Shown here: positions 54,886-64,000 of the stretch, in pieces
How positions within the stretch are numbered: the first letter of the stretch is position 1
Layout of the letters: each line of letters starts with the position of its first letter
Assembly: GCA_937876415.1 (NCBI GenBank)
Contig: CALEHE010000301.1
Span: forward strand, 6,389 to 70,388
Reading direction: 5' to 3'
Origin: an uncultured Actinomycetes bacterium
GTDB taxonomy: Bacteria; Actinomycetota; Acidimicrobiia; Acidimicrobiales; Ilumatobacteraceae
Length of the DNA: 64,000 bases
Program-made: the position numbers and the translations under genes
Notes under the pieces: model-generated
Databases searched by the model: none
What the model was told of the DNA's origin: nothing
What the model saw: only the letters and a program-made list of their open reading frames with translations

Positions 54886-55860
54886 ATGCGTTCAATTGTC
54901 TGCAACCAGTTCGCCCCACTTTCTGAATTAGTGCTCGAGGAAAAGCCCTCGCCCGAACTCTTCCCTGGTTCGGTTCGCATTGCGGTAACCGCATGTGGCG
55001 TCAATTTCGTTGATGCGCTTTTTGTGCAGGGCAAATACCAGATCAAACCTCCGACGCCATTTGTCCCGGGAATGGAAGTCGTCGGACGAATTACCGAGAT
55101 TGCCCCCGATGTCACCGATGTACAGATCGGTACGCGCGTATTCGCCAATGTCGGCTTAGGTGGCTTTAGCTCTGAGGCAGTCGTATCGGCGAAGCGCATC
55201 ATGAAACTCCCTGAGACGCTCTCTGATGGCCAAGCTGCAACATTTATGCAGAGCTACCTCACAGCTTGGTTTGCGCTCGTCGAACGTGCCCATGTTGAAC
55301 GAGACAAGCATCTATTGGTTCTCGGTGCGGGCAGCGGAGTTGGGCTTGGTGCAGTTGATGTAGGCCGAGCACTCGGATTACGAGTAATTGCTGCCGCTTC
55401 AACTGAAGAAAAACGCAACCTCGCGCTTGAACGCGGCGCATTCGCCGTTATTGATTCAACGCTTTCAGCAGATGAAGTGAAAGAAGAAGCTAAGCGTCTT
55501 TCGGGTAGTGGAATTGATTACTTGTACGACCCCGTCGGCGGAGACCTTGGCGAAACCTGCTTACGTGCACTCACTGATGACGGTCAATATCTGGTGATTG
55601 GCTTTGTGGCAGGCATTCCAAAACTTCCGGCCAATCAAGTGCTCTTGCGTAATCGTCGAGTCACTGGTGTTGATTGGGGCGGATGGGCCGGCAAGAACCC
55701 TGGACTCAACGATCGTATGTTGACCCAAGTCATGGAATTGATTGCGGCCGGAGAACTCCGACCCGTTGAACCGCAAACGTATCCACTTGAACAAGCAGCT
55801 CAAGCATTGCAAGATCTTGAAGACCGCAAAGTTGCTGGAAAAATTGCTCTGATTCCCTGA
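54886..55860 (+). CDS. NADPH:quinone oxidoreductase-like medium-chain dehydrogenase/reductase
   Basis: GroES-like N-terminus (VRIAVTACGVNFVDALFVQGKYQ), a Rossmann segment (LVLGAGSGVGLGAV) and a C-terminal GKIAL. Confidence 0.85.
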   Translation: MRSIVCNQFAPLSELVLEEKPSPELFPGSVRIAVTACGVNFVDALFVQGKYQIKPPTPFVPGMEVVGRITEIAPDVTDVQIGTRVFANVGLGGFSSEAVVSAKRIMKLPETLSDGQAATFMQSYLTAWFALVERAHVERDKHLLVLGAGSGVGLGAVDVGRALGLRVIAAASTEEKRNLALERGAFAVIDSTLSADEVKEEAKRLSGSGIDYLYDPVGGDLGETCLRALTDDGQYLVIGFVAGIPKLPANQVLLRNRRVTGVDWGGWAGKNPGLNDRMLTQVMELIAAGELRPVEPQTYPLEQAAQALQDLEDRKVAGKIALIP

Positions 55861-55876
55861 TCAAAAAGCAGTCGAA

Positions 55877-57571
55877 CTAGTTCAAGAGGCTTTCGCGCTG
55901 GTTGGCAGCAAACTTCGTTCGCAGCTGTTGAGCTTGCTCGCGACCGAAAACATCAAAGCGAATGTCTTTGCTGTCACGCCACCAAATTCGAGCATTCGCT
56001 TGATTCTCGGCATCGTGCCAACGCCGCAGAACGAGCTCACGTTTAATCACCTTGTTTGACGGAGTCATCGGGAACTCTTCAACGATCTGAATAAAGCTGG
56101 GAATCCATTTCGGTCCAAGGTCTGGCTGGGCTCGCAAGAACTCAGCAAACTCACCAACGTCAAATGTTGTTCCAGGTTGTACTTGTAACGCCGCCATCAC
56201 TCGATCACCCATGTCGAAGTCTGGGATTCCGTAGACCGCTGCCAAAATGACATCGGGATGACGCATCAAAATTCGTTCAATTGGCGCACCAGCAAAATTC
56301 TCGCCGTCCACTCTCATCCAATCGGCGCTTCGACCCGCGAAATAGAAGAAGCCATTCTCATCGCGGTAGGCCAAGTCGCCTGTCCAATAAGCACCATCAC
56401 GGATGCGCTCTTCATTGGCGGCAGCGTTATTCCAGTAACCCTCGAACGTTCCGCCGCCACCATTCACAATTTCGCCGGTGGCTTCTTCAGAATTCATGAG
56501 GCGACCGTCCGCATCAAAAATCGCCCGTGGACACTCTTGATTAGTTGCTGGATCTCGCACTGTAATGGTTGATTGCGCTGCTACGCCCAATGATCCGGCA
56601 GGCATGTTTGGAATCCGAACGATTGACGCACCCGTCTCCGTTTGGCCGTAGCCGTCAGTGAGTTTACAATCAAATCGCTCGGCGAACCTCAAGAGATCTA
56701 TTTCAGAACCTTCGTTACCAAAGCCGCGTCGCAACGGGTTATCACGATCATTGCTTTGCTCTGGCGTCGCAAGAATGTACGTCAGTGGCTTTCCGACATA
56801 GTTGAAATACGTTGCACCGAAGATGCGAACATCAGACAAGAACTCACTGGCCGAGAACTTGCGACGTAATGCAATTGTTGATCCAAAAACCAAACTCGGA
56901 GCCCAAGCGGTAAAAAGCGCATTTGAGTGAAATAAAGGCATGCATATGTACGTCGTGTCCTCTGGTGTGAGCGCAATGATCATATTCATAGACTGGGCAA
57001 CGAATCCCAGTCGTTGATGGCTCGTGATCACTGCCTTTGGCGCACCGCTAGTACCTGAAGTGAAGAGCAACAAAAATGTGTCAGTCGGATGCACAGGACA
57101 CTCTTGTGCGGTTGGTAGTGACGAACCGCTGTGCTCCGCGACCTTCAACTTGTAGTCGTCTGATTCCACGACCAAGACACAATCATCAATACCAAGATCA
57201 AGCCCATCGAGTAACTCAGATTGACTGCGTTCAGTCACCACAATCTGACATGAAGTATGCGTGATATCACGAGCAAGTTCGGCACCGCGTCGTGTGGGAT
57301 TGATACCAACAATCACCGACCCGGTGACGGCTGCGGCTCCTAACCACATCGTGAATTCGGGGGAATTCTCTAGCAAAACGCCGATATGTGGTGGCGTGCC
57401 TTCTGGTCGACTACCAAGAATTTTCCGCCACATTGCCGCCCGCTCTGCGACCCCATCACACCACTCGCGATAGGTCAGTGTTCCATCGTGGCTACGAATC
57501 GCCACATTGTCGTCTTGGCTACGCGCCCGAACATGATCGGCAAATGTGAGAGCAATGTTTTCAGAGCTCAC
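55877..57571 (-). CDS. AMP-dependent acyl-CoA synthetase/ligase (paralogue of 51811..53472)
   Basis: Contains LLFTSGTSGAPKAV, YGQTE and TGDLAYRDENGFFYFAGR. GTG 57571 was chosen by N-terminal alignment with the paralogue. The longest ORF start is TTG 57616. Confidence 0.8.
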   Translation of the reverse strand: MSSENIALTFADHVRARSQDDNVAIRSHDGTLTYREWCDGVAERAAMWRKILGSRPEGTPPHIGVLLENSPEFTMWLGAAAVTGSVIVGINPTRRGAELARDITHTSCQIVVTERSQSELLDGLDLGIDDCVLVVESDDYKLKVAEHSGSSLPTAQECPVHPTDTFLLLFTSGTSGAPKAVITSHQRLGFVAQSMNMIIALTPEDTTYICMPLFHSNALFTAWAPSLVFGSTIALRRKFSASEFLSDVRIFGATYFNYVGKPLTYILATPEQSNDRDNPLRRGFGNEGSEIDLLRFAERFDCKLTDGYGQTETGASIVRIPNMPAGSLGVAAQSTITVRDPATNQECPRAIFDADGRLMNSEEATGEIVNGGGGTFEGYWNNAAANEERIRDGAYWTGDLAYRDENGFFYFAGRSADWMRVDGENFAGAPIERILMRHPDVILAAVYGIPDFDMGDRVMAALQVQPGTTFDVGEFAEFLRAQPDLGPKWIPSFIQIVEEFPMTPSNKVIKRELVLRRWHDAENQANARIWWRDSKDIRFDVFGREQAQQLRTKFAANQRESLLN

Positions 57572-59678
57572 GGGCAACCTTATGGGCCGTGTGCATTGCA
57601 CCTTCGATGTATCCAACAGTCACGGCATCTCCTGCTACTTGCACTCGTATACCTAAATCTCTGAGCGAGTCCGCCAACGACGTATCTGGTTCGACTTGCG
57701 AAGCGACGACAACCGTGTCACCACGAACCTCAGATTCATCATCTCCGTTTCGGTAGCGAACCGAAACCTTGTCGATGGACACGACAACAGCGTCACGAAC
57801 CAAGACCACTCCGTGCTTGGTGGCCTTGTTAACCGCGGTCCAGCGACGGGGCATCGCCATCGGAAGACCCATGTGAGGACCTTCTTCAAGCACGGTTACA
57901 AGTCGACCGCGTTCGGCTAGGAACTCGGCTAGTTCAAGACCCACTAAGCCACCCCCGATGACAACCACTCTTTTGCCCACCGGCATCCACACCTTTGAGA
58001 GTGACCGAATGCGATCGGCCGAATTCAATAGTCCGAGACTGCGCCCAGCAGTGACCCCCAGTTTTCCTAGATAACTCAACGAACGGCTGTCGGTATCCTT
58101 TTCTCCAGTAATCAGGCCCCGCAAAACATCACCCGTCAACACATGCGGCAAGGCACCTCCTGGCACTTCAGGCAATCCGCGCCGCGCACCAGTCGCAACA
58201 ACGATGTCATCAGGATTCAATGCCTGAACAACTTCGCGAGTCGCTTCTGTTGACAGCAAGACATCAATGTTCAATCGCTCAATTTCGTGCATCAGCCAAT
58301 CAACCAATAACTGATTGGCAGGAGTGGTCAGTTGCGAGAACCACATGGTTCCCCCTAATCGCGCACCCTTTTCAATCAATGTCACTTTGGCTCCACGAAT
58401 CGCGGCGACACGTGCCGCTTCCATACCTCCTGGTCCTCCACCGATCACAACAACATGCTTTGCTGATGTCATTGGAGAAAGAACAGCCACACTTTCGTTG
58501 CAGAGCGCTGGGTTAACCGCACACTTAGGGTTTCCATCAAAGAAATTCTGTTCAACGCAGACATAACAGTTGATACATGGACGAACTGATTTTCGCTGTC
58601 CCTCACGAATCTTGTTCACCAGTTCAGGATCAGCCAATAGCTGCCGGCCCATCGAAACAAAATCGCACTCGCCGAGTTGCAACATTTCATTGGCGATTTC
58701 TGGGAGCATCCGCCCCACAGCGATAACAGGAATTGTCACATGCTGTTTCACAATCTTGGTGTATTCGCGATACTGCCCAACTTCTGCCGGCAGTGGACCT
58801 TGCGTGAAATCAGCGAATGGATTATGGGCATTGGCCGACACATGTATCGCATCTGCGCCAGCCTCTTCAATGAGTGCCGCTGCTCGGGCTGTCTCATCGG
58901 GGGTGAGACCATCTTCAAGGCCAAATTCAAAACCATTGAGGCGCACGATCACTGGATAGTCAGCACCAACAACAACTTTGATTGCTTTCACTACTTCACA
59001 CGTCAAACGCGCGCGGTTTTCGAGCGAGCCTCCCCAACGATCATCTCGCTTGTTGTAGCCACGCGAAAGAAATGTTGAAAGCAAATAGCCGTGCGCCGCG
59101 TGAATTTCAATCGCATCAACCCCAGCTTCCTTCACCCGCCGTGCGGCCTGTGCGAACTGATCTATCACCCAAGCCAAATCATCTTCATCAGCAACCTTGT
59201 AGGACGCTTTCTTGCCTTGCGTCGCAGTTGCTAGTCCCATGAGTTCTGACATGGGACTGTCGCGCAATGCCGAAAGATCTGGTTTTGCATCAAGTACTGA
59301 CGGAACCAGTTGGGGACGTCCGTCAGCCGTATCAACGCTGGCAGTTTTGCCGTGATGGCAGAGTTGCATGCACAGTGTTCCGCCAACCGCATGAATTGAA
59401 TCGGCGAGTCGTCGAATACCCGGAATGAATTTGTCATCAGAAAAAGCTGGTTGATGTCGGCTCGTTGCACCCACGGGCCAGGCAACCGCACCGGTGCCCG
59501 TAATGACCATCGCTGTGCCGCCAGCGGCTCGTGCGGTGTAATGCGCGATTTCGCCGTCGCTGATTTCACCTTCAACGCACAGGTTCATATCCATTGCTGG
59601 GAGAAACACTCGGTTGCTCAGATCAAGTCCCGCAATGCGACCTGGGGCAAGAAGTGCGTTGAATTGTGTATCGGCCAT
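57561..59678 (-). CDS. FadH/enoate-reductase-type flavoprotein (OYE-like TIM barrel + 4Fe-4S + FAD/NAD(P) domains)
   Basis: OYE-like N-terminus, Cys cluster CINCYVCVEQ...C, then VVVIGGGPGGMEAA and VVVIGGGLVGLELAEF dinucleotide folds. 705 aa. Confidence 0.85.
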   Translation of the reverse strand: MADTQFNALLAPGRIAGLDLSNRVFLPAMDMNLCVEGEISDGEIAHYTARAAGGTAMVITGTGAVAWPVGATSRHQPAFSDDKFIPGIRRLADSIHAVGGTLCMQLCHHGKTASVDTADGRPQLVPSVLDAKPDLSALRDSPMSELMGLATATQGKKASYKVADEDDLAWVIDQFAQAARRVKEAGVDAIEIHAAHGYLLSTFLSRGYNKRDDRWGGSLENRARLTCEVVKAIKVVVGADYPVIVRLNGFEFGLEDGLTPDETARAAALIEEAGADAIHVSANAHNPFADFTQGPLPAEVGQYREYTKIVKQHVTIPVIAVGRMLPEIANEMLQLGECDFVSMGRQLLADPELVNKIREGQRKSVRPCINCYVCVEQNFFDGNPKCAVNPALCNESVAVLSPMTSAKHVVVIGGGPGGMEAARVAAIRGAKVTLIEKGARLGGTMWFSQLTTPANQLLVDWLMHEIERLNIDVLLSTEATREVVQALNPDDIVVATGARRGLPEVPGGALPHVLTGDVLRGLITGEKDTDSRSLSYLGKLGVTAGRSLGLLNSADRIRSLSKVWMPVGKRVVVIGGGLVGLELAEFLAERGRLVTVLEEGPHMGLPMAMPRRWTAVNKATKHGVVLVRDAVVVSIDKVSVRYRNGDDESEVRGDTVVVASQVEPDTSLADSLRDLGIRVQVAGDAVTVGYIEGAMHTAHKVAREL

Positions 59679-59699
59679 AACGGATTCTCTTGAAGGCTT

Positions 59700-62522
59700 T
59701 CAGTCTTTGGTGTTGCTGCGCTGAATTGCGCGTTCATCGGTGCCCAGATAACTCGCGATGACCGCCGGATTATTGCGAATCACGTCCGGCACACCTTCGG
59801 CAATCACGTGACCAGCTTCTAGGCAATAGATGCGATCGGAGATTGACATCACCATTGGCATGTCATGCTCAATGATCAGAATTGATGCGCCCAGTTCTTC
59901 TTTGATCATACGAATAAGTGGACCAAAGGCTTCAGTTTCGCGTTGAGCGACACCAGCTGTTGGTTCGTCGAGCAACATCAACTTTGAGTCCAAAGCAATC
60001 AACGCACCGAGTTCAACAATGCGACGAGTGCCGGTTGAAAGCTCTCCCATCAAAGAGTCGGCGTAGCGACCCAAGCCCAAATACGAAATAATTTCATCGG
60101 CTTCGCGACGTTTACGACCTTCATGTTGAGGCGAAGGCGGCAAAGCCAAGATTGAAGGAATCAGCAGTGAACGTTGCCGAGATTCTAGGGCGACCATCAG
60201 TGTTTCGCGAACTGTCAAAGAACTAAAGAGTCGCGCATTTTGGAAGGCGCGACCTTGTCCAAGTCGAGCTCGCTTGTACGCCGACAACTTTGAGACGTCT
60301 TGACCAAATAGTTCAATAAGTCCCGAAGACGGCACAAAGCCCGATATTGCGTTCACGATGGTGGTCTTGCCGGCGCCGTTCGTTCCGATCAAGCCAACAA
60401 CTTCGCCACTGCGTACCTCAAGTGAAACATCATCGACGATGGTTCGGCCACCGAGCGTGACACAGAGACCTTTCGTGACTAAGGGCGATCCAGAAACTTC
60501 CACTTGTCTTCCAGAACCAAGTGAGGCGACGTCCGCTCCAGCCTGTCGAACCAGTGGCGTCCACTGCGAACGGCGTGCGATCCAGTTCAGCAAGTTGTCA
60601 CGTGCAGCATGAATGATAGAGATTAAACCACTCGGGAAATACAACAGCACGATCAACATTCCAAAACCACTGGCGAACAACTCAACCTGTTTTGTCCCAT
60701 CAAAGAAAAGCGGCACCGCAATAATCAGCAACGTTCCGAGAAGCGCCCCAGTGATTGAACCGATTCCACCAACGACTGCCACCGAAACGATGCGTAACGA
60801 TTCGTCAAAATTAAAAAGTAGTCCGTCAACTTTGAATTGCGCGTTACGAGCGACGAGAGGCAACAAACCTCCGGCTAAAGCCGCGAGGCCACCCGAGACG
60901 CCAAAGGCCAATAACTTTGCTCGATTCGGCGCAACCGTGTACGCCGCCGACGCCGTTTCGTTATCACGCGTCGCAATGATTGAACGGCCGATACCGGTTT
61001 TCCGAATTCGCCACACCACTACGATTGACAACAAAGCCATCAACAGCGTGAAGTAATACACACCGTCAAAATTCTTGCCCTTGACGGTCCAAAAAATGAG
61101 GCGGAAACCCTCATTACGATCAACATTAAGTTGAGCACTTCCACCGCCACCTGGAGCAAATTTTTCACCGACGATAAACCATGAGCGAATCGCTAAGCCA
61201 AAACCAAGAGTGACAACCGCAAGATACAGACCCTTCACTCGCAAAGCCGGAATTCCGACGATCACAGCGGCAATAACTCCCCACAAAACACCAATCGGTA
61301 ATGCAACCAAATAGGGCAACTCGTTCGCGTAATAGATAGTGAGGTATGAACCCAAAGCAACAAACCCGAATTGACCGAGGGAAAGTTGGCCACCCCAACC
61401 AGTGATCACCGTGACGGAGAGGGCAATGATCAGATACACCGGCACCGACGAAAACTTCAACATGTCGCTGGCTTTATCAACTTGACTCGGGAGCACTAAC
61501 GCAAGCGCTGCGATCAAACCGAATCCCGTCAACGTCATCACTCGGTACAACGGGTGCTTCGTTAGTTCAACGCGAGCCGCACGCACCTTGGAAGTTAATT
61601 GCCATGTCTCGTCCTTCATGGAAGCCGAACGTCCCACTGTAAATAACACGACGATGATGACCACGAATAAAACTGCAATGTTTGAACCTGCTGGCAAGTC
61701 TCCGCTCAACGACCACGTAATCAAGAAGCGGTCAATGACTCCCGCTAACAAACCGCCGACCAGCGTCCATGTAAACGACTTCATCCGGCCGACCATGGCT
61801 GCGACAAGTGAAAGCAACAACATCTTGGGACCGAGTGCATTTTGCACGGACGCTATTGACCCACCTTGCAAGGGGGCAATCAATAATGCACTGAGGGCTG
61901 CCAAGAGACCTGCCAACGCCCAAACTTTCGTCGACACTGAGCGCACCCCGATTCCGGCGAGCCGTGCTGCTGAGAAGTTGTCGGCGGTGGCACGAACATT
62001 CATTCCGAATGCGCTGCGGTGAAATAGCCAACCCAAGAAGATCATGAGCACCGGCACGAAAAGCAGAACCGTTAACTGCGGGCCCGTGACGTTGATACCG
62101 GCGACTTTCCAGTTTCCACTAATCAACACGGGAAAAGTGACGTTAGTTGCCTGCTCATCTGGAATGGGTAGACGTAACTGCAGCAACTGAATCACTTGCG
62201 TCAGACCAAGAGTGGCGACGAAAAGTAGCAAACGCGGCTGGGTAAACAGTCGTCGCAGCACTAGCTCTGCCGCAACACCAAGCAAGACTCCACAGAGTAA
62301 AGCGATAGGTAACGACAAGCCGTAAGCGATGTCATATCGCACTTGCAGAAGTGCCATCACGTAACCACCGAAGGCGCCAATCTGACCATGCGCAAAGTTG
62401 ATAACGCCAGTTGCCCGATAAATCAAAAGCAAACCAAAAGCAACTAATGAATAGACGAGACCCTGGATCAATCCGTCAAACAAAATACCGTTTGAATAAG
62501 TCAACGCAATCATCGCGTTCAC
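59700..62522 (-). CDS. LIV-type ABC importer, triple fusion LivH-like permease + LivM-like permease + LivG-like ATPase
   Basis: 940 aa. The N-terminus is LivH-like (GLVYSLVAFGLLLIYRATGVINFAHGQ) and the middle is LivM-like (GWGGQLSLGQFGFVALGSY). The C-terminus is an ATPase with GTNGAGKTT, LSTGTRRIVEL and LMLLDEPTAG. Confidence 0.85.
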   Translation of the reverse strand: MNAMIALTYSNGILFDGLIQGLVYSLVAFGLLLIYRATGVINFAHGQIGAFGGYVMALLQVRYDIAYGLSLPIALLCGVLLGVAAELVLRRLFTQPRLLLFVATLGLTQVIQLLQLRLPIPDEQATNVTFPVLISGNWKVAGINVTGPQLTVLLFVPVLMIFLGWLFHRSAFGMNVRATADNFSAARLAGIGVRSVSTKVWALAGLLAALSALLIAPLQGGSIASVQNALGPKMLLLSLVAAMVGRMKSFTWTLVGGLLAGVIDRFLITWSLSGDLPAGSNIAVLFVVIIVVLFTVGRSASMKDETWQLTSKVRAARVELTKHPLYRVMTLTGFGLIAALALVLPSQVDKASDMLKFSSVPVYLIIALSVTVITGWGGQLSLGQFGFVALGSYLTIYYANELPYLVALPIGVLWGVIAAVIVGIPALRVKGLYLAVVTLGFGLAIRSWFIVGEKFAPGGGGSAQLNVDRNEGFRLIFWTVKGKNFDGVYYFTLLMALLSIVVVWRIRKTGIGRSIIATRDNETASAAYTVAPNRAKLLAFGVSGGLAALAGGLLPLVARNAQFKVDGLLFNFDESLRIVSVAVVGGIGSITGALLGTLLIIAVPLFFDGTKQVELFASGFGMLIVLLYFPSGLISIIHAARDNLLNWIARRSQWTPLVRQAGADVASLGSGRQVEVSGSPLVTKGLCVTLGGRTIVDDVSLEVRSGEVVGLIGTNGAGKTTIVNAISGFVPSSGLIELFGQDVSKLSAYKRARLGQGRAFQNARLFSSLTVRETLMVALESRQRSLLIPSILALPPSPQHEGRKRREADEIISYLGLGRYADSLMGELSTGTRRIVELGALIALDSKLMLLDEPTAGVAQRETEAFGPLIRMIKEELGASILIIEHDMPMVMSISDRIYCLEAGHVIAEGVPDVIRNNPAVIASYLGTDERAIQRSNTKD

Positions 62523-64000
62523 GCGCCCGCCCCAGACAGGAAGACTGCTCGAAGAAGATCGTCACGGTCAAGAAGTTCTTGAGCAGGTCCTTCAAATTTC
62601 ACCTGACCGCGTTCCATAAAGACCGCACGGTCGGCAATGGAGAGTGCCACGTTCACGGATTGTTCAACAATGACCATCGTGACGCCTTGCTCTTTCAACT
62701 TCTCAACAATCTTCAAGAGATCTTGCACCACCACCGGTGCCAAACCGAGTGAAAGTTCATCAATACAGAGTAAATCGGGGTCAAGCATGACGGCTTTGGC
62801 TAGGGCCAGCATCTGTTGCTGTCCACCTGATAATGATCCAGCCCGCTGATCTCGTCGCTGCCAAAGAACATCAAATGTTTCGTACACTTGCGCCAATTTT
62901 TCTTTGCGCTTTCCGTGATCGACAACCTGACGGCTCCATACCTGGAGGTTTTCTTCAACCGTCATCGAGCTAAACACCGCTTCGCCGCCTGGAACTAAAA
63001 CCAATCCCATTGAAGCTCGGTATTGAGGTTCAACCAAAGTGATTGTGCGACCGTTCATGCGCACAACGCCGCGATCTGGCATCACGAGTCCCGAAATCGC
63101 TTTGAGGATCGTTGACTTACCAGCACCATTCGTCCCGAGCAATGCGAGAACTTCGCCTTTTCGAACATCAAAACCTACGTCAAAAAGAACTTGCAGGTTG
63201 CCATAACTGACATCCACATTGCGCACCTGAAGCATCGGGATATTGCCTGGCTCATTTTGCAAGCGCTGCGATTCGGCCTGCTGCTCTTTCAATTCGCTAA
63301 TCGTTAACGCGATATCGCGTTTCATATAACGACTGCCGTAAATGATCAGCAAACTTCCCAATAATGCTGCCGGTGGTACGACAGCGGTGAGCGCAGTGCG
63401 TTCACCGTGAGCGTCCGACAATCCGCCGGCGAGAAGACCACCAAAGAAGCCGCCCATCAAGAAGATGTACACGCCGACCATGGCAAACGCTTGTGAACGC
63501 ATTTGGTACGGAACGATGGCCGAAATAGCAGGTCCCATTTGCGTGAACGCAGCTCCTTGAAAAGCGTTGCCAATGGTGACAAAAGCAATCATCAGAGCAG
63601 CACTCTGAAAGCGCATTCCGACCGTGACGAATATTCCGTAGCAAAGAATGCATATACCCATCATTCGCAAAGCCGATGGCGGATTACGCCTGAACAACTT
63701 TTCACCAACACGTCCAGCTAATGGAATTCCGATGAGCGCGCCCGACCAGGTGATCGCCCCAATCCAACCGCGTGTAAACGCGCTGTAGTCATATGAGTTT
63801 TTCAAGAGCAAGTTGAACGCTCCGGGCACTGCAATCAGGGCAAACCCAAGAACACCGATACCGACTACTAAGAAGTAAAACGTACGCACTTTCTTCAAAC
63901 GTTGAAATGCTGCAGACAACAACACAGGTGGTTCTGCTTCGGCATCAACTACCGCTTCACCTAAAACTGCTTCTTGCTCTTGACGGCCACGTGTCGGCTC
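62519..64000 (-). CDS. MFS-like membrane domain fused to LivF-like ABC ATPase (N-terminus outside window)
   Basis: The C-terminal ATPase has GTNGAGKST, LSGGQQQMLAL and LLCIDELSLGL. It is preceded by about 6 TM helices with MFS-like loops. The frame stays open from 63925 to the window edge (EPTRGRQEQEAVLGEAVVDAEAEPP reads like a central MFS loop). ATGA-coupled to the downstream gene. Confidence 0.8.
   Translation of the reverse strand, partial: EPTRGRQEQEAVLGEAVVDAEAEPPVLLSAAFQRLKKVRTFYFLVVGIGVLGFALIAVPGAFNLLLKNSYDYSAFTRGWIGAITWSGALIGIPLAGRVGEKLFRRNPPSALRMMGICILCYGIFVTVGMRFQSAALMIAFVTIGNAFQGAAFTQMGPAISAIVPYQMRSQAFAMVGVYIFLMGGFFGGLLAGGLSDAHGERTALTAVVPPAALLGSLLIIYGSRYMKRDIALTISELKEQQAESQRLQNEPGNIPMLQVRNVDVSYGNLQVLFDVGFDVRKGEVLALLGTNGAGKSTILKAISGLVMPDRGVVRMNGRTITLVEPQYRASMGLVLVPGGEAVFSSMTVEENLQVWSRQVVDHGKRKEKLAQVYETFDVLWQRRDQRAGSLSGGQQQMLALAKAVMLDPDLLCIDELSLGLAPVVVQDLLKIVEKLKEQGVTMVIVEQSVNVALSIADRAVFMERGQVKFEGPAQELLDRDDLLRAVFLSGAGA

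Overview
Dense (about 60 genes), almost entirely protein-coding chromosomal segment. Gene content suggests an actinobacterium, possibly an Acidimicrobiia-like or freshwater lineage. This is an inference from the F420-type LLM oxidoreductase, PduO-type adenosyltransferase, DUF501/Ppx pairing, many 4-nt start/stop overlaps and moderate GC. I found no rRNA, no intact tRNA, no CRISPR array, and no transposase or integrase.

Content from left to right:
- Small stress and redox genes (YceI, MarR, nitroreductase).
- A B12-related trio: acyl-CoA mutase catalytic subunit, PduO adenosyltransferase and MetH.
- MoeB/ThiF-rhodanese, CobB sirtuin and PepA.
- A heterodimeric ABC exporter pair.
- Thioesterase, amidase, MFS transporter and a CaiB/BaiF-type CoA-transferase.
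- An orphan three-gene minor-pilin-like operon.
- A translationally coupled MocA-like / CoxG / DUF501-Ppx / GNAT chain.
- Two enoyl-CoA hydratases and a NUDIX hydrolase.
- A BMP-type nucleoside ABC importer.
- A 1.8-kb islet carrying an esterase lipoprotein and a coiled-coil ORF, ending at a tRNA-Gly 5' half.
- queF, a PhyH-family dioxygenase, add and upp.
- An 11-kb CoA-dependent catabolic cluster: three SDRs, an amidohydrolase, two AMP-ligases, an NTF2-like protein, an MDR reductase and a FadH-like flavoprotein.
- That cluster is co-oriented with a heavily fused LIV-type ABC importer: a LivH-LivM-LivG triple fusion and an MFS-LivF fusion running off the window.

Most interesting:
1. The pilin-like operon. 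Its middle gene joins a type IV prepilin N-terminus to a vWA domain and a CnaB-like domain.
2. The fused LIV/MFS transporter.
3. The bai-like enzyme set, which shares a 21-bp palindromic operator at two divergent promoters.
4. The truncated tRNA-Gly and 12-nt direct repeats bounding the islet.

All functional calls come from motif and family recognition by eye. No database search was run.
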